64,000 nt of DNA from an uncultured virus (IMG/VR IMGVR_UViG_3300042503_002084) (taxonomy: Duplodnaviria; Heunggongvirae; Uroviricota; Caudoviricetes), in the IMG/VR virus record IMGVR_UViG_3300042503_002084. One strand, 5' to 3'. Position 1 is the first letter of the stretch. The number at the start of each line of letters is the position of its first letter. The position numbers and the translations under genes were made by a program. Shown piece after piece: positions 30,237 through 39,878 of the stretch. Under the pieces are notes generated by a model. It searched no databases and was not told the origin of the DNA. It saw only the letters and a program-made list of their open reading frames with translations.

Positions 30237-31317
30237 ACAATATCAGAATCTTCTACAAGATATTCTATATAATGGTGTGAGTAAAACAGATAGAACTGGA
30301 ACCGGAACCATATCTGTGTTTGCTCGTCAAATCCGTCATAAAATGAATGAAGGATTTCCGTTACTTACAACAAAGAAAATGGCGTGGAAGACAATGGTGA
30401 CAGAACTATTGTGGTTCCTCCAAGGTTCTACTAATATCAAATATCTTGTTGATAATGGTTGTCATATTTGGGATGGGGACGCTTATCAAAACTATCTTAA
30501 AAATTCATCAACAACTATAGGTGGCATACATTTGTCTAAAGACGAATTTATTTATCATGTTAAGAATGACGAGATCTGGGGTAAAAAATGGGGAGAACTT
30601 GGACCTATCTATGGTAAACAATGGAGAAAGTGGGAATTACCAAACTATTCAATCGAACATGTCGAATACGGATTTGATAATAATTTACATGTAGACCAAA
30701 TCCAAAACCTAATTAATGAACTGAAATCAAATCCAGATAGTAGAAGATTGATGGTTAGTGCTTGGAATGTTGGAGAATTAAATGATATGGTTTTACCACC
30801 ATGTCATTATGGATTTCAAGTTTACACCAGAAAGTTAACAGGAGAAGAAATGTGGGACTTATTAAAAAAGAAAGTTGGTGATGAAAGATTTAAATCAATG
30901 GTTGACGATGTAGTCCCATTTGGTGGTGGATTGAGTGAAGAGTTAGAATCGAATAACATTCCCAAACGAGCAATTTCATTAATGTGGAATCAAAGAAGTG
31001 TTGACACATTTTTGGGTTTACCATTTAATATTGCTTCATATGGTTTGCTATTAGAAATTATTGCTAAGATAGTGAATATGATTCCAGAAGAATTGATTGG
31101 AAATTTAGGTGACGTTCATTTATATTCAAACCATATTGAACAGGCAAAGGAACAAATAACTAGACACTCATTTGATTTACCTAAGTTACAACTACCTAAA
31201 ACAGATGCGTTTTGGGTGGGGTTTGATGTTAGTTTATTTGGTCATTTAGATCCAACGGATTTTACAATACAGAATTATCAATCACACCCATCAATTAAAG
31301 CACCATTAAGTAACTAA
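30220..31317 (+). CDS. thyA: Thymidylate synthase
   Basis: DRTGTGT, FPLLTTKK, ELLWF, GPIYGKQWR, PDSRR, LPPCH, QRSVD.FLGLPFNIASY, GDVHLY.NH. Confidence 0.97.
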   Translation: MNSIDKQYQNLLQDILYNGVSKTDRTGTGTISVFARQIRHKMNEGFPLLTTKKMAWKTMVTELLWFLQGSTNIKYLVDNGCHIWDGDAYQNYLKNSSTTIGGIHLSKDEFIYHVKNDEIWGKKWGELGPIYGKQWRKWELPNYSIEHVEYGFDNNLHVDQIQNLINELKSNPDSRRLMVSAWNVGELNDMVLPPCHYGFQVYTRKLTGEEMWDLLKKKVGDERFKSMVDDVVPFGGGLSEELESNNIPKRAISLMWNQRSVDTFLGLPFNIASYGLLLEIIAKIVNMIPEELIGNLGDVHLYSNHIEQAKEQITRHSFDLPKLQLPKTDAFWVGFDVSLFGHLDPTDFTIQNYQSHPSIKAPLSN

Positions 31318-31318
31318 C

Positions 31319-31555
31319 ATGTTTATTCACATCACACCAGATGAATTAGAGGAAGAATTTAGAGAGTCCTGGAAATTGGGACACATAATACATCCATCAA
31401 TTGATTATGCGGACAACGCAATTTACGCGGTGTTCGAAGGTAAAATTGTAATTATATTCCGGTTTAATAAGTATGGCTGGATTAACGACAATAGGTTTAA
31501 CGATTACACAATAAGTGCAGGTAGCGCAGGAATAACAATATCAATTAACATATGA
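31319..31555 (+). CDS. Hypothetical protein
   Basis: Tightly packed ORF. Confidence 0.55.
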   Translation: MFIHITPDELEEEFRESWKLGHIIHPSIDYADNAIYAVFEGKIVIIFRFNKYGWINDNRFNDYTISAGSAGITISINI

Positions 31556-32076
31556 GTAAAAAAGTTTACACCAAAGGAGGAGACAAAGGATATACATCGC
31601 TTTTAAGTGGTGAAAGAGTCCATAAAACAGATCGTAGAATCGACGCTGTTGGAACCCTTGATGAATTGAATTCATTTATAGGTTTATTAAGATCTGAAAT
31701 GCACATCAGCACACAATTAGAACAAATCCAATGGAATTTGTTCAACGCTGGTGCCATTGTAATTAAAGATGACGATAAGTTTGAATTAATAGACATAAAA
31801 GAAGAGGACATTACGACCCTTGAAAGTGCAATGGATGAAATGCAGAGTAAACTCCCCGAATTAAAGAATTTCATCCTACCAAAAGGATCTAGAGCCGTAT
31901 GTTTGGCTCATGTTTGTCGAACAGTATGTAGAAGAGCGGAAAGAATCTTAAATGAAACGGATAATGAACATATAGCAAAATACCTTAATAGGTTGAGTGA
32001 CTATTTCTTTGTTCTGGCTCGTTTTATCGGTCATGAACAAGACATTAACGAAACATTATGGAAAACAAGGGATTAA
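31552..32076 (+). CDS. PduO-type ATP:cob(I)alamin adenosyltransferase
   Basis: KVYTKGGDKGYTSL, GTLDELNS, FILP, RTVCRRAER, YLNRLSDYFF. Confidence 0.93.
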   Translation: MSKKVYTKGGDKGYTSLLSGERVHKTDRRIDAVGTLDELNSFIGLLRSEMHISTQLEQIQWNLFNAGAIVIKDDDKFELIDIKEEDITTLESAMDEMQSKLPELKNFILPKGSRAVCLAHVCRTVCRRAERILNETDNEHIAKYLNRLSDYFFVLARFIGHEQDINETLWKTRD

Positions 32077-32201
32077 CGTCCCTGACCTCTGTAGTTTCTT
32101 TCTTTTCTATCGCTTTTGTTAAAAGATTTCTTCGCTTTACCACCCTTTCTTTTACCGAATGTGGTCTTATTTGAGGATCCTTTTGCTGTACCTTTAGCCA
32201 T
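32073..32201 (-). CDS. 42-aa highly basic peptide ending YRGQGR (not in ORF track)
   Basis: Translated by hand: MAKGTAKGSSNKTTFGKRKGGKAKKSFNKSDRKERNYRGQGR*. TATTTATA and an A-run lie upstream. Confidence 0.75.
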   Translation of the reverse strand: MAKGTAKGSSNKTTFGKRKGGKAKKSFNKSDRKERNYRGQGR

Positions 32202-32250
32202 GTGTTTTTTTTTATAAATACACCCATTTTTAATTCTAAATTTTTTTTAT

Positions 32251-32258
32251 TATATTTG
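32251..32258 (+). promoter_or_regulatory. Bacteroidota-type -7 promoter element (TATATTTG)
   Basis: Matches TAnnTTTG. Upstream of the 32285 ORF. Confidence 0.5.
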
Positions 32259-32284
32259 TTAAAACGTCTAAAACCCAGAGCACC

Positions 32285-34171
32285 ATGGAAGTATTAGTTC
32301 GACAAAGATTTCAGTTCGCAAAAATAAGCCCCCATAAGAATTACTGCAAGATAATTGAGGGCCCAAAATCAGTACAAATAGAGAATGTTGAAACACCAGT
32401 AGAAGATAAAGATTTAGGGTTGCTTGATACTCTAGTTTGTGGTACCACCATAACCACTTCCTTTGAAACCTTTGAAAGTTTATTTGATAATCTTGAAGTT
32501 GAGGAATATGTTAGATTATCTGAAAAAAAATATAAAAGAAGTGTCTATTTTCACACCGAGGATGGTGAGAATATAAATGTTCAAAAGTGTGCTTGGGGCA
32601 GAAAAACTGCTTTTTACACAACAAAGGATAGACACATAAAAAAACATTATGGTGACCCTTTCAGCAATATCCATATTGAAACAATAGAAAGAAAAATAAC
32701 TAAAAACGGTGACAAGTTAACCTTTAAGTTATATCGACATGTTAAATACAGAAATGTAAACTGGAAATTTTTTAAAAAATCTTCTAGCACCATTTCCGTA
32801 ACATTTAATTTAAGTACTGGTGACATTACAACAATTGAATGCGACCATAGCAAAAGAGGCATGACTAGATTTCGTAAGAATTCATTTATAAATCTTCAAC
32901 ACGCGATCCAAGGCCGCGGAATTATGTCAATATTTGCACCATATGAAGGAATACCTAAGGATCACAAACTTAGAAATGAAATGATGCAAGTGTTGAATTT
33001 TGAAGAATACTCTAAAGTGTTACATACTTTCTTTGATATTGATTATGATGTTAGAACCTTCCAACAACGTTTGTTTGATTCTATCGTCAAGAAGTTTGTT
33101 GAGGTTAAAAAAATTAAAGTACATAACAACTATGAACCTTTATTAGTTAATTGGTACCCAACTAAAAAATTTCTTAAAAGGAACGGTAACAAATTAATTG
33201 CAGCAATACTTGATAAAGTTAATTTAAAATCAAAATATTCAATTAAATTTTTACACCAACACCCACATATTAATTTTGCGTTCTTTATTAAGATATGTAA
33301 ATTATTTGGGGAAGATTGGGTGAGGTATGTGCCTAACATTAATAAAGATTTTTTTATCGGAACAACATTTAAAACAAGCAACTCAATATTTTCTGACCCT
33401 ATCGATAAGAATATTCCATTTAATCCATATGTTTTAACAGATAACGAGAAATCAAGATTAGTTAAACTTTGTAACGATCATGTTAAAAAAGATCACCCTT
33501 TAATAACTAGTGAAAATATTATCCTTGACATGTACGATCACTTTAACATGTTATTTCGTGTTAAACCTTATTATCCTGATTGGGAATTTAAAGGTCAAAC
33601 ACTTGAATTATTTAGACAAGAGCACGTTGAGTTATCTAAAATTGAAAGATTAATAAAAAAAGGTACATCAATAATCTATACATTTAATCAAGAAATGGTA
33701 GACAATATTGAAGAACCTATAATTGTTACGCACCCAGAATCAACAACACCAGTTACTTTATATCCTGTGATTTTAAAAAGGGAAGAAGAATATATTGAAG
33801 AGGGAGCACATATGCATCACTGCGTTGCATCATATGCAAATACTGACACATCTATTGTTATATCACTTAGACAAGAAAGTAAAGTTGGTGATGAAAGAGT
33901 TACCTCAGAGTATAAAACGAATACTGGACAATGTGTCCAATCTAGATATTTTTGTAATGATGCTCCACCGGAAATATTTCATACTGGATTAATTGTTTTA
34001 GAAAATAGAGTGCAGTTTTGGAAAACAAAAAATAAACTTAAGTCAGTTGAAAAAACCGTTGTACCATTGATTATCAATGGGTTAGAGATAAAACCGAAAG
34101 AAACGATAAATCTATTAGAGGAGATGATATTCGGATTGACAAACAATGAAATAGTACCTTTACCTTTTTAG
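32285..34171 (+). CDS. PcfJ-like domain protein
   Basis: C-terminal EEYIEEGAHMHHCVASY...SLR...RVT.EY motif. Confidence 0.7.
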   Translation: MEVLVRQRFQFAKISPHKNYCKIIEGPKSVQIENVETPVEDKDLGLLDTLVCGTTITTSFETFESLFDNLEVEEYVRLSEKKYKRSVYFHTEDGENINVQKCAWGRKTAFYTTKDRHIKKHYGDPFSNIHIETIERKITKNGDKLTFKLYRHVKYRNVNWKFFKKSSSTISVTFNLSTGDITTIECDHSKRGMTRFRKNSFINLQHAIQGRGIMSIFAPYEGIPKDHKLRNEMMQVLNFEEYSKVLHTFFDIDYDVRTFQQRLFDSIVKKFVEVKKIKVHNNYEPLLVNWYPTKKFLKRNGNKLIAAILDKVNLKSKYSIKFLHQHPHINFAFFIKICKLFGEDWVRYVPNINKDFFIGTTFKTSNSIFSDPIDKNIPFNPYVLTDNEKSRLVKLCNDHVKKDHPLITSENIILDMYDHFNMLFRVKPYYPDWEFKGQTLELFRQEHVELSKIERLIKKGTSIIYTFNQEMVDNIEEPIIVTHPESTTPVTLYPVILKREEEYIEEGAHMHHCVASYANTDTSIVISLRQESKVGDERVTSEYKTNTGQCVQSRYFCNDAPPEIFHTGLIVLENRVQFWKTKNKLKSVEKTVVPLIINGLEIKPKETINLLEEMIFGLTNNEIVPLPF

Positions 34172-34224
34172 GATTTAAAATCTTATATATTCCATTTATA
34201 TTAATACAAATGCGTATTATTTAA

Positions 34225-35622
34225 ATGGAATTATTATATAGGTACGAACAAGAAAAAAAAGAAAAGCAAAAAAATTTATCGGCAACCTGCGTATTAACCG
34301 TTTCATCGGATTCTGATTTTTTAATATACACAGGTGATTTCTTTAGTGAGTTCATGAGGATTGGTAATAAGAATGCAATCACATTTACACATGAATTTGT
34401 TTTAAATAAAAAGAACGGTGACTTCACCGTAACGTATAGAATAGATGCGATGAAGCAAAGATCCTATAGGTTATATAAACCAGGTAATTGGGTTAAGAAA
34501 AATAACTTTCAATTCTTAAATGATTTAATTGATAGGGGTTTTTATAATGGTGAGAAGCGAATTAATTACTGGGGAGTTAAATATAAAAAAGCAATATCAG
34601 AAGCGTTTAACATATTCCTTAATGAATTAAGTGAACCAATGGCCGGTTCGTATCTAGAAGATAAGAACTACTTAGACAAACCATACATTTCTCCTTTATA
34701 TGACTTGCTCGTGGATTATCATTTATTAATAAAGAAGATTAAACCACATGACGACATTTATAATGATATATTATACGATTACCCCAAACCAACCTGGTTA
34801 AAGAAGAATGACAACAAGTTTATACCAGCATTATTAGATTCATATGGAATTAAGGGTGGGTATCTAATTAAAGAGTTATCGCATAGAACAACCAAGAACC
34901 CAATAATGATTAAGTCATTAAATTTTCTATGTAAACTGTTCGGTGAGAACTACATTGATTATCTTAAAAAGATTAATTGGAAAGAGATTTGTACAGAAAA
35001 AGTAACACCAAAAGTTTTTTATACCTGCAAGAACACATCTGAGAAAGATTTCATTGTTAAAACATTAAACAACTGGGACAACCTCAATTTATTATTTGAT
35101 GGTCAACTTAAATCAATTTATGAAGCATTCTCAACAAAAGCATTCATTGAAGATCGTGGAATTGAATTGAAGTTTAAAAGTAAGAACACTTATGAGTTCC
35201 ATAATCTATTAGAAAAGTGGAAACTTATTAAGAAACATATTAAGATCGGATTTAAACTTAGATATCAATTACCAAAGGAGATTATTGAAGAACTAGAACA
35301 ACCAATAGTGCACGAAGAAAAAGTTTATACACCCATATTGGTTTTAAGTGAAGATCAATTTAGGATTGAAGGAATGTTAATGAAGAACTGTATGGGTGGG
35401 CAGTTTAATCTGGGAGCATATTACCTATATGTTGCAATATCATGCGGTTCTAAAAGAGTTAACATACAATATAGAAAAGGTAACTTGGCACAAGCCAGAG
35501 GTAAAACCAACATCGACTTACCGCAACAATTTCAAGAACCAGTAAATGTTTTTACAAAAAGAATGGAAAAGTACGGGAATCTAACCTGGAAGAAAGAAAA
35601 ATACGATTACATAACTAATTGA
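34225..35622 (+). CDS. PcfJ-like domain protein, paralog of 32285-34171
   Basis: EGMLMKNCM...QARGKTN. Shares YPxxxxLKxNxNKxIxAxLD and CKLFGE with the upstream paralog. Confidence 0.65.
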   Translation: MELLYRYEQEKKEKQKNLSATCVLTVSSDSDFLIYTGDFFSEFMRIGNKNAITFTHEFVLNKKNGDFTVTYRIDAMKQRSYRLYKPGNWVKKNNFQFLNDLIDRGFYNGEKRINYWGVKYKKAISEAFNIFLNELSEPMAGSYLEDKNYLDKPYISPLYDLLVDYHLLIKKIKPHDDIYNDILYDYPKPTWLKKNDNKFIPALLDSYGIKGGYLIKELSHRTTKNPIMIKSLNFLCKLFGENYIDYLKKINWKEICTEKVTPKVFYTCKNTSEKDFIVKTLNNWDNLNLLFDGQLKSIYEAFSTKAFIEDRGIELKFKSKNTYEFHNLLEKWKLIKKHIKIGFKLRYQLPKEIIEELEQPIVHEEKVYTPILVLSEDQFRIEGMLMKNCMGGQFNLGAYYLYVAISCGSKRVNIQYRKGNLAQARGKTNIDLPQQFQEPVNVFTKRMEKYGNLTWKKEKYDYITN

Positions 35623-35705
35623 TTATCAATTATGTTTTATTAAAATCACTAAAAATTTTTTTTTCTCATTTTTTATTTCTATATTAGTGTACTAATTTAT
35701 TAATT

Positions 35706-35942
35706 ATGGCAATTTTATTTGATTTAAAAACAATCAGAAAAACCTATTCAGTCATAAAAAAGACAATGGATCGGTTAGATGAACAGAGAAATGGGTTCAT
35801 TAAAGAAGCGAAACGTTATTCTAGAAAAAAAGATAAACAAAACGAACTTAAAGCCAAATCCGCAGCACTAGAACTTTCATACGCTAAAGATCAAATGAAT
35901 AAATTAAAAAACGAATTAAAAAACCAATTTAAATCTAAATAG
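35706..35942 (+). CDS. Hypothetical basic coiled-coil protein
   Basis: ORF downstream of a TATATTAG motif. Confidence 0.55.
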   Translation: MAILFDLKTIRKTYSVIKKTMDRLDEQRNGFIKEAKRYSRKKDKQNELKAKSAALELSYAKDQMNKLKNELKNQFKSK

Positions 35943-36070
35943 GTTATGGATCAACGTGAAATTCTAAATAAAAAATACGAAAACTACGAAAGAAAGAATA
36001 CTTTTTTCGGCTGGATGAAACACATCTATCTTGTTTTCTTATCTTTGCTAACTGAAAAAAAATACTATAA

Positions 36071-36238
36071 ATGATACAACCAAAAGAATCAAAATCAAAC
36101 TCCCATTTTTGGATTAGTTTATTTAAAAGCGTCATAAGAATTGGTGGTTGTTATTTTTTATTTAACGAACAGTTTGGTAATGCAGCAATATCGTTTGCAT
36201 CTGCAGAAATATTCGGTATTGCTGAAGAAATATTTTAA
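36071..36238 (+). CDS. Small membrane protein (55 aa, not in ORF track)
   Basis: Translated by hand: MIQPKESKSNSHFWISLFKSVIRIGG...AEIFGIAEEIF*. Confidence 0.6.
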   Translation: MIQPKESKSNSHFWISLFKSVIRIGGCYFLFNEQFGNAAISFASAEIFGIAEEIF

Positions 36239-36283
36239 CCATGAATTTTTATTTAACACAAGCATACGTAAAAAAACTAAAAC

Positions 36284-36577
36284 ATGATAAAGGAAAGACC
36301 AGTAAACAATTGGAACGAAACGACGTTCCAGAAACTAAACTTCAGCCCGCACCCAATGGGGATCGGAAATCAATGTATAGTACAATTCGAAAATGGATAT
36401 GGGGCTAGCATTGTAATCGGCGAACACACATATGGTGGACCTGATGGTCTTTATGAAATCGCTGTTTTCGGTAAAGACGGTCATATCACATACAGCACAC
36501 CAGTCACTGATGATGTGCTCGGATACCTAACAGAACAAGATGTTGAAAACACATTAGTTAAAATTAAAAATTTGTAA
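36284..36577 (+). CDS. Phage hypothetical protein
   Basis: FENGYGASIV...YGG..GLYEIAV motif, recognised from memory as common in phage ORFs. Confidence 0.7.
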   Translation: MIKERPVNNWNETTFQKLNFSPHPMGIGNQCIVQFENGYGASIVIGEHTYGGPDGLYEIAVFGKDGHITYSTPVTDDVLGYLTEQDVENTLVKIKNL

Positions 36578-36579
36578 TA

Positions 36580-36873
36580 ATGACAACTGAAACTAAACTA
36601 AGATTAGGAATGGTTATATCGGTATTATTACTATTATGGACAACAGTAATGTGGAATAATGATATCACAACTATTAAGTCGCAAAAAAATACTATTGATG
36701 ATTTAAACAAATCATTTGACAGTGTTTTATACCTTAAAGATAGTTTATACGACGAAAATTTTATTAAAAGCGTTGAATTAGGTAGAGACGAATTAACTTG
36801 GGAATATGTAAAAGAAAAATTCCCTAGCGTATATAACAATGCAATGAATTTTAGATCACATGAAACAGAATAA
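36580..36873 (+). CDS. Hypothetical membrane-anchored protein
   Basis: N-terminal TM segment plus coiled coil. Confidence 0.55.
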   Translation: MTTETKLRLGMVISVLLLLWTTVMWNNDITTIKSQKNTIDDLNKSFDSVLYLKDSLYDENFIKSVELGRDELTWEYVKEKFPSVYNNAMNFRSHETE

Positions 36874-37171
36874 TCAAGAAAACGAATACCACTTAGGTGG
36901 GAAATATATAAATGTAAAAAGTAGTTCAATAGTAAAACTGAATGAAGATTTTGTGGTCTTTACTCAAGACGGCCCGATATCTTTAGGTGTTGAAATTGTT
37001 GCTGACTTTAACGATATCCCTGAAAAATACCATGAAATATTTCTAAACGTTCTTACTTCGAAATATTTAAATAAGGTATCATTCGGCGACAACCCATTCT
37101 CTGAATGTAAACCAGTGGTGAAAAGAAAATGGTGGCAATTTTGGAAATCAAAGTACTTTCAACCACGATAA
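36860..37171 (+). CDS. Hypothetical protein
   Basis: ORF with a KRKWWQFWK motif near the C-terminus. Confidence 0.55.
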   Translation: MKQNNQENEYHLGGKYINVKSSSIVKLNEDFVVFTQDGPISLGVEIVADFNDIPEKYHEIFLNVLTSKYLNKVSFGDNPFSECKPVVKRKWWQFWKSKYFQPR

Positions 37172-37304
37172 AAACTAATACTATGTTAATATTTGGTGCT
37201 GCCTTATTAATCATTGCTGCTTGGTTGACTTTTGAAATATACCGAGCACCATTAATGGATGATAATGGTAACATAATAAAAAAAGGAAAAAAACTTAGTG
37301 ACCT

Positions 37305-37550
37305 ATGGCGAAAGCGACATTAGAATATGATTTGAGTGATCCGGACGATGTTATGGAACACAAAAGAGCGGTTAAATCTTTAGATATGGCAATGGCTCTA
37401 TGGGACATTGTACATAACACTAAAAAAGGTTTAGAATGGTCAATGGAGGGTAAAGAAATTGACAAATACGATGCTTTGGAATTGGTATATCAAAAGATAC
37501 ACGAAATATTAGATGACCACAACATAAACACTGACGAATTAATTAACTAA
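37305..37550 (+). CDS. Hypothetical protein
   Basis: MAKATLEYDL...; tightly packed ORF. Confidence 0.6.
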   Translation: MAKATLEYDLSDPDDVMEHKRAVKSLDMAMALWDIVHNTKKGLEWSMEGKEIDKYDALELVYQKIHEILDDHNINTDELIN

Positions 37551-37552
37551 CT

Positions 37553-37741
37553 ATGATTGAATTTATTAAAAAAAATCAAAAACACATAACAATGGCTGGT
37601 GCAATTTCATTGCTAATCCTTTGTTATTTTCAAAGAAAAGAGATTGCCAAATTAAGGGCAGATAAAAACACTGAAGCGTCGACCAAATCTTTTAATTTGG
37701 ATAGCGCAATACTTAAAACGGATAGTTCTATTTTAAAGTAA
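37553..37741 (+). CDS. Small membrane-anchored hypothetical protein
   Basis: Single TM segment, coupled to the next ORF. Confidence 0.5.
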   Translation: MIEFIKKNQKHITMAGAISLLILCYFQRKEIAKLRADKNTEASTKSFNLDSAILKTDSSILK

Positions 37742-38070
37742 TGATTACCATTAGTGATATAGCAATGGAACACTTAGTTTCTTTAATGATGGAAAGCAAC
37801 ATAAATCCAGACACACATTATTTAAGAGTTGGCGTTAAAGGTGGTGGGTGTAGTGGTCTTTCATATGTTATGGATTTTGATGATAAAATCACAGACATCG
37901 ATGAAGTTGTTGACTTAAAAATAATTAAAGTCGCCATTGATAAAAAATCTGTTTTATATCTATTCGGAACTGAATTACAATATTCCGGTGGACTAAACGG
38001 AAAAGGGTTTGTTTGGGTTAATCCAAACGCAAGCCGTACTTGTGGGTGCGGAGAAAGTTTTGCAGTTTAA
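37741..38070 (+). CDS. iscA: HesB/IscA iron-sulfur cluster assembly accessory protein
   Basis: LRVGVKGGGCSGLSY, NPNASRTCGCGESF. Confidence 0.93.
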   Translation: MITISDIAMEHLVSLMMESNINPDTHYLRVGVKGGGCSGLSYVMDFDDKITDIDEVVDLKIIKVAIDKKSVLYLFGTELQYSGGLNGKGFVWVNPNASRTCGCGESFAV

Positions 38071-38099
38071 AATATTAATTAACAATAAAAAATAAAATT

Positions 38100-38384
38100 A
38101 TGCCTTCATTTACACCAGACGATTTTGATATCGATCCAGGAGAATTTGTTGACGCGTGCAACACAAGAGAAAGAGACGAACTAATTAATGCCCTTGTTGA
38201 AGATGGTTATATTACAGAATCGCAACGAAATAAAAGGGTTGAGGGTTCTATCGGTAAACCAAATATGCAAGACACCATATTTTGGGAAAGTTTAGACCAT
38301 TTGAAAAAATGTAGAGATCTTCTGTCTATACATGAAGAAAACTATATCAATAACATGGCACACAAATATAAACATCTAAGATAG
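38100..38384 (+). CDS. Hypothetical protein
   Basis: ORF with A-rich leader. Confidence 0.6.
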   Translation: MPSFTPDDFDIDPGEFVDACNTRERDELINALVEDGYITESQRNKRVEGSIGKPNMQDTIFWESLDHLKKCRDLLSIHEENYINNMAHKYKHLR

Positions 38385-38653
38385 TGAGAATTAAAATAAA
38401 AGAATTCTTGATAATGTTTGGTATCCAAATATTGAACTACTCTTTATTATGTATAAATTATAGAGCGGTAGCCCACGCAAACTATTTCCAATCCGCCGTT
38501 AGTGACTTTGTTATAGCATCACTTAGTTTTTTTGTTATTAAAAAAATAGCGAATGGTGAAGATACTACACACCAATGGTTAGGGTACGCACTAGGTGGTG
38601 TCGTGGGATCAATTATTGGAATATATCTTTCAACAGTAATGTTAGGAAAATGA
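38384..38653 (+). CDS. Small membrane protein (three TM)
   Basis: GYALGGVVGSIIG motif. Confidence 0.6.
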   Translation: MRIKIKEFLIMFGIQILNYSLLCINYRAVAHANYFQSAVSDFVIASLSFFVIKKIANGEDTTHQWLGYALGGVVGSIIGIYLSTVMLGK

Positions 38654-38737
38654 TAATAGCAATTTTATTTTTAACATTAATAGTCACAACTTTTTTTGGT
38701 GTGTTCAATATGTTAAAACAGATAAAAAATTTACCTG

Positions 38738-39421
38738 ATGAAAATTAAACACCCTTTAGTAAAAGGTGAGGTGGTTGAAATTAAACCACGGGTTTACTGC
38801 GTTATGGTCGACGACAATTATGATAGAGCAATGTTGTTTTGTCGCTACCAAGAGTTCTATGAATCTCCGTATAAACAATTCAGAGGTAAACCATTTACCT
38901 GGGCTGAGTACATGAGATTTTATAAAAACGATCGTAAAGAAAATGTGTTCACTTACCCATATGATTGGAGTGGTTATAATATACCAAGTAACATAATGCA
39001 TAAAGCCAACCACATATTTTGTAAAGATACTGAGTATGATCAAATTATGAATGATATCTATTTTTATTGTGCAATTGATTCACAAAATAAAAATAATGGA
39101 ACAAGATGTGATTGGTATTTGATAGGTGCAAGCAGTAAGGATTTGAAAACTATGGACCACGAGATTGCACACGGATTATATTTTACTAATAAGGAATATA
39201 AGAAGTCAGTTAAAAAACTTATTAACACAATAAAACCCAAACATTATGATATTTTAAAGAAAAAACTTATCAAAATGGGGTATGCAGATGATAAGAAAAT
39301 TATTGATGATGAAATCCAAGCATTCATGTCCACTGGATTATATAATACGTTTGATAACGAGACATTTAAAAAGTACGAAAAGGAATTCATAAAGAATTTC
39401 AAATTATTTAATAAAACTTAA
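38738..39421 (+). CDS. Hypothetical protein with HExxH (zincin-like) motif
   Basis: RYQEFYES, DHEIAHG, DEIQAF. Confidence 0.6.
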   Translation: MKIKHPLVKGEVVEIKPRVYCVMVDDNYDRAMLFCRYQEFYESPYKQFRGKPFTWAEYMRFYKNDRKENVFTYPYDWSGYNIPSNIMHKANHIFCKDTEYDQIMNDIYFYCAIDSQNKNNGTRCDWYLIGASSKDLKTMDHEIAHGLYFTNKEYKKSVKKLINTIKPKHYDILKKKLIKMGYADDKKIIDDEIQAFMSTGLYNTFDNETFKKYEKEFIKNFKLFNKT

Positions 39422-39467
39422 AAAAATACCGTTTTCTTGATATATATGTATTAGAAAAAACATATTA

Positions 39468-39878
39468 ATGCAGGAAGAATTCGTACCTTATCATCAGCAC
39501 CTATTACTTAAATGTTGGATGATTAACCCACCTAAAGAAGTTGAGGTTCTCAATAAATGGTTTATCGATCTAGTACATAAGGTTGGTATGGTTGTAGTCG
39601 GAGGACCAACTAGCGTATACGTTGACTATCCAGGTAATGAAGGGTTAACCGGAACAGTTACTTTAGCCACATCACATTCATCAATACATATTTGGGACAA
39701 CCTAGAGTTACCAATGGCTCAGTTTGATATTTACAGTTGTAAATGTTTCACGTTAGAAGACGTTTTAGAACAATTTAAACCTTGGGGTATAGTTAAGGCC
39801 GAATGGGTAATGATCGACAGAAACAACAAACCAACAATAACACAAGAAGGTGTTTGGGTAAACCATGGGATCAATTAA
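39468..39878 (+). CDS. speD: Pyruvoyl-dependent S-adenosylmethionine decarboxylase-like proenzyme
   Basis: GLTGTVTLATSHSSIHIW and DIYSCK, versus canonical LAESHxxxHTW and DxFTCG. Confidence 0.75.
   Translation: MQEEFVPYHQHLLLKCWMINPPKEVEVLNKWFIDLVHKVGMVVVGGPTSVYVDYPGNEGLTGTVTLATSHSSIHIWDNLELPMAQFDIYSCKCFTLEDVLEQFKPWGIVKAEWVMIDRNNKPTITQEGVWVNHGIN

Noticed and set aside
30820..30970. Insertion within thyA as a possible intein or intron
   Set aside because: About 40 aa, in frame, without the intein C/S...HN ends or an endonuclease motif. More likely a variable loop.
32045..32227. 60-aa minus-strand ORF in the track
   Set aside because: The overlapping 32073-32201 frame has a better start context (TATTTATA, A-run) and a coherent basic peptide. 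The listed ORF runs through the motif and overlaps the PduO-like gene more.
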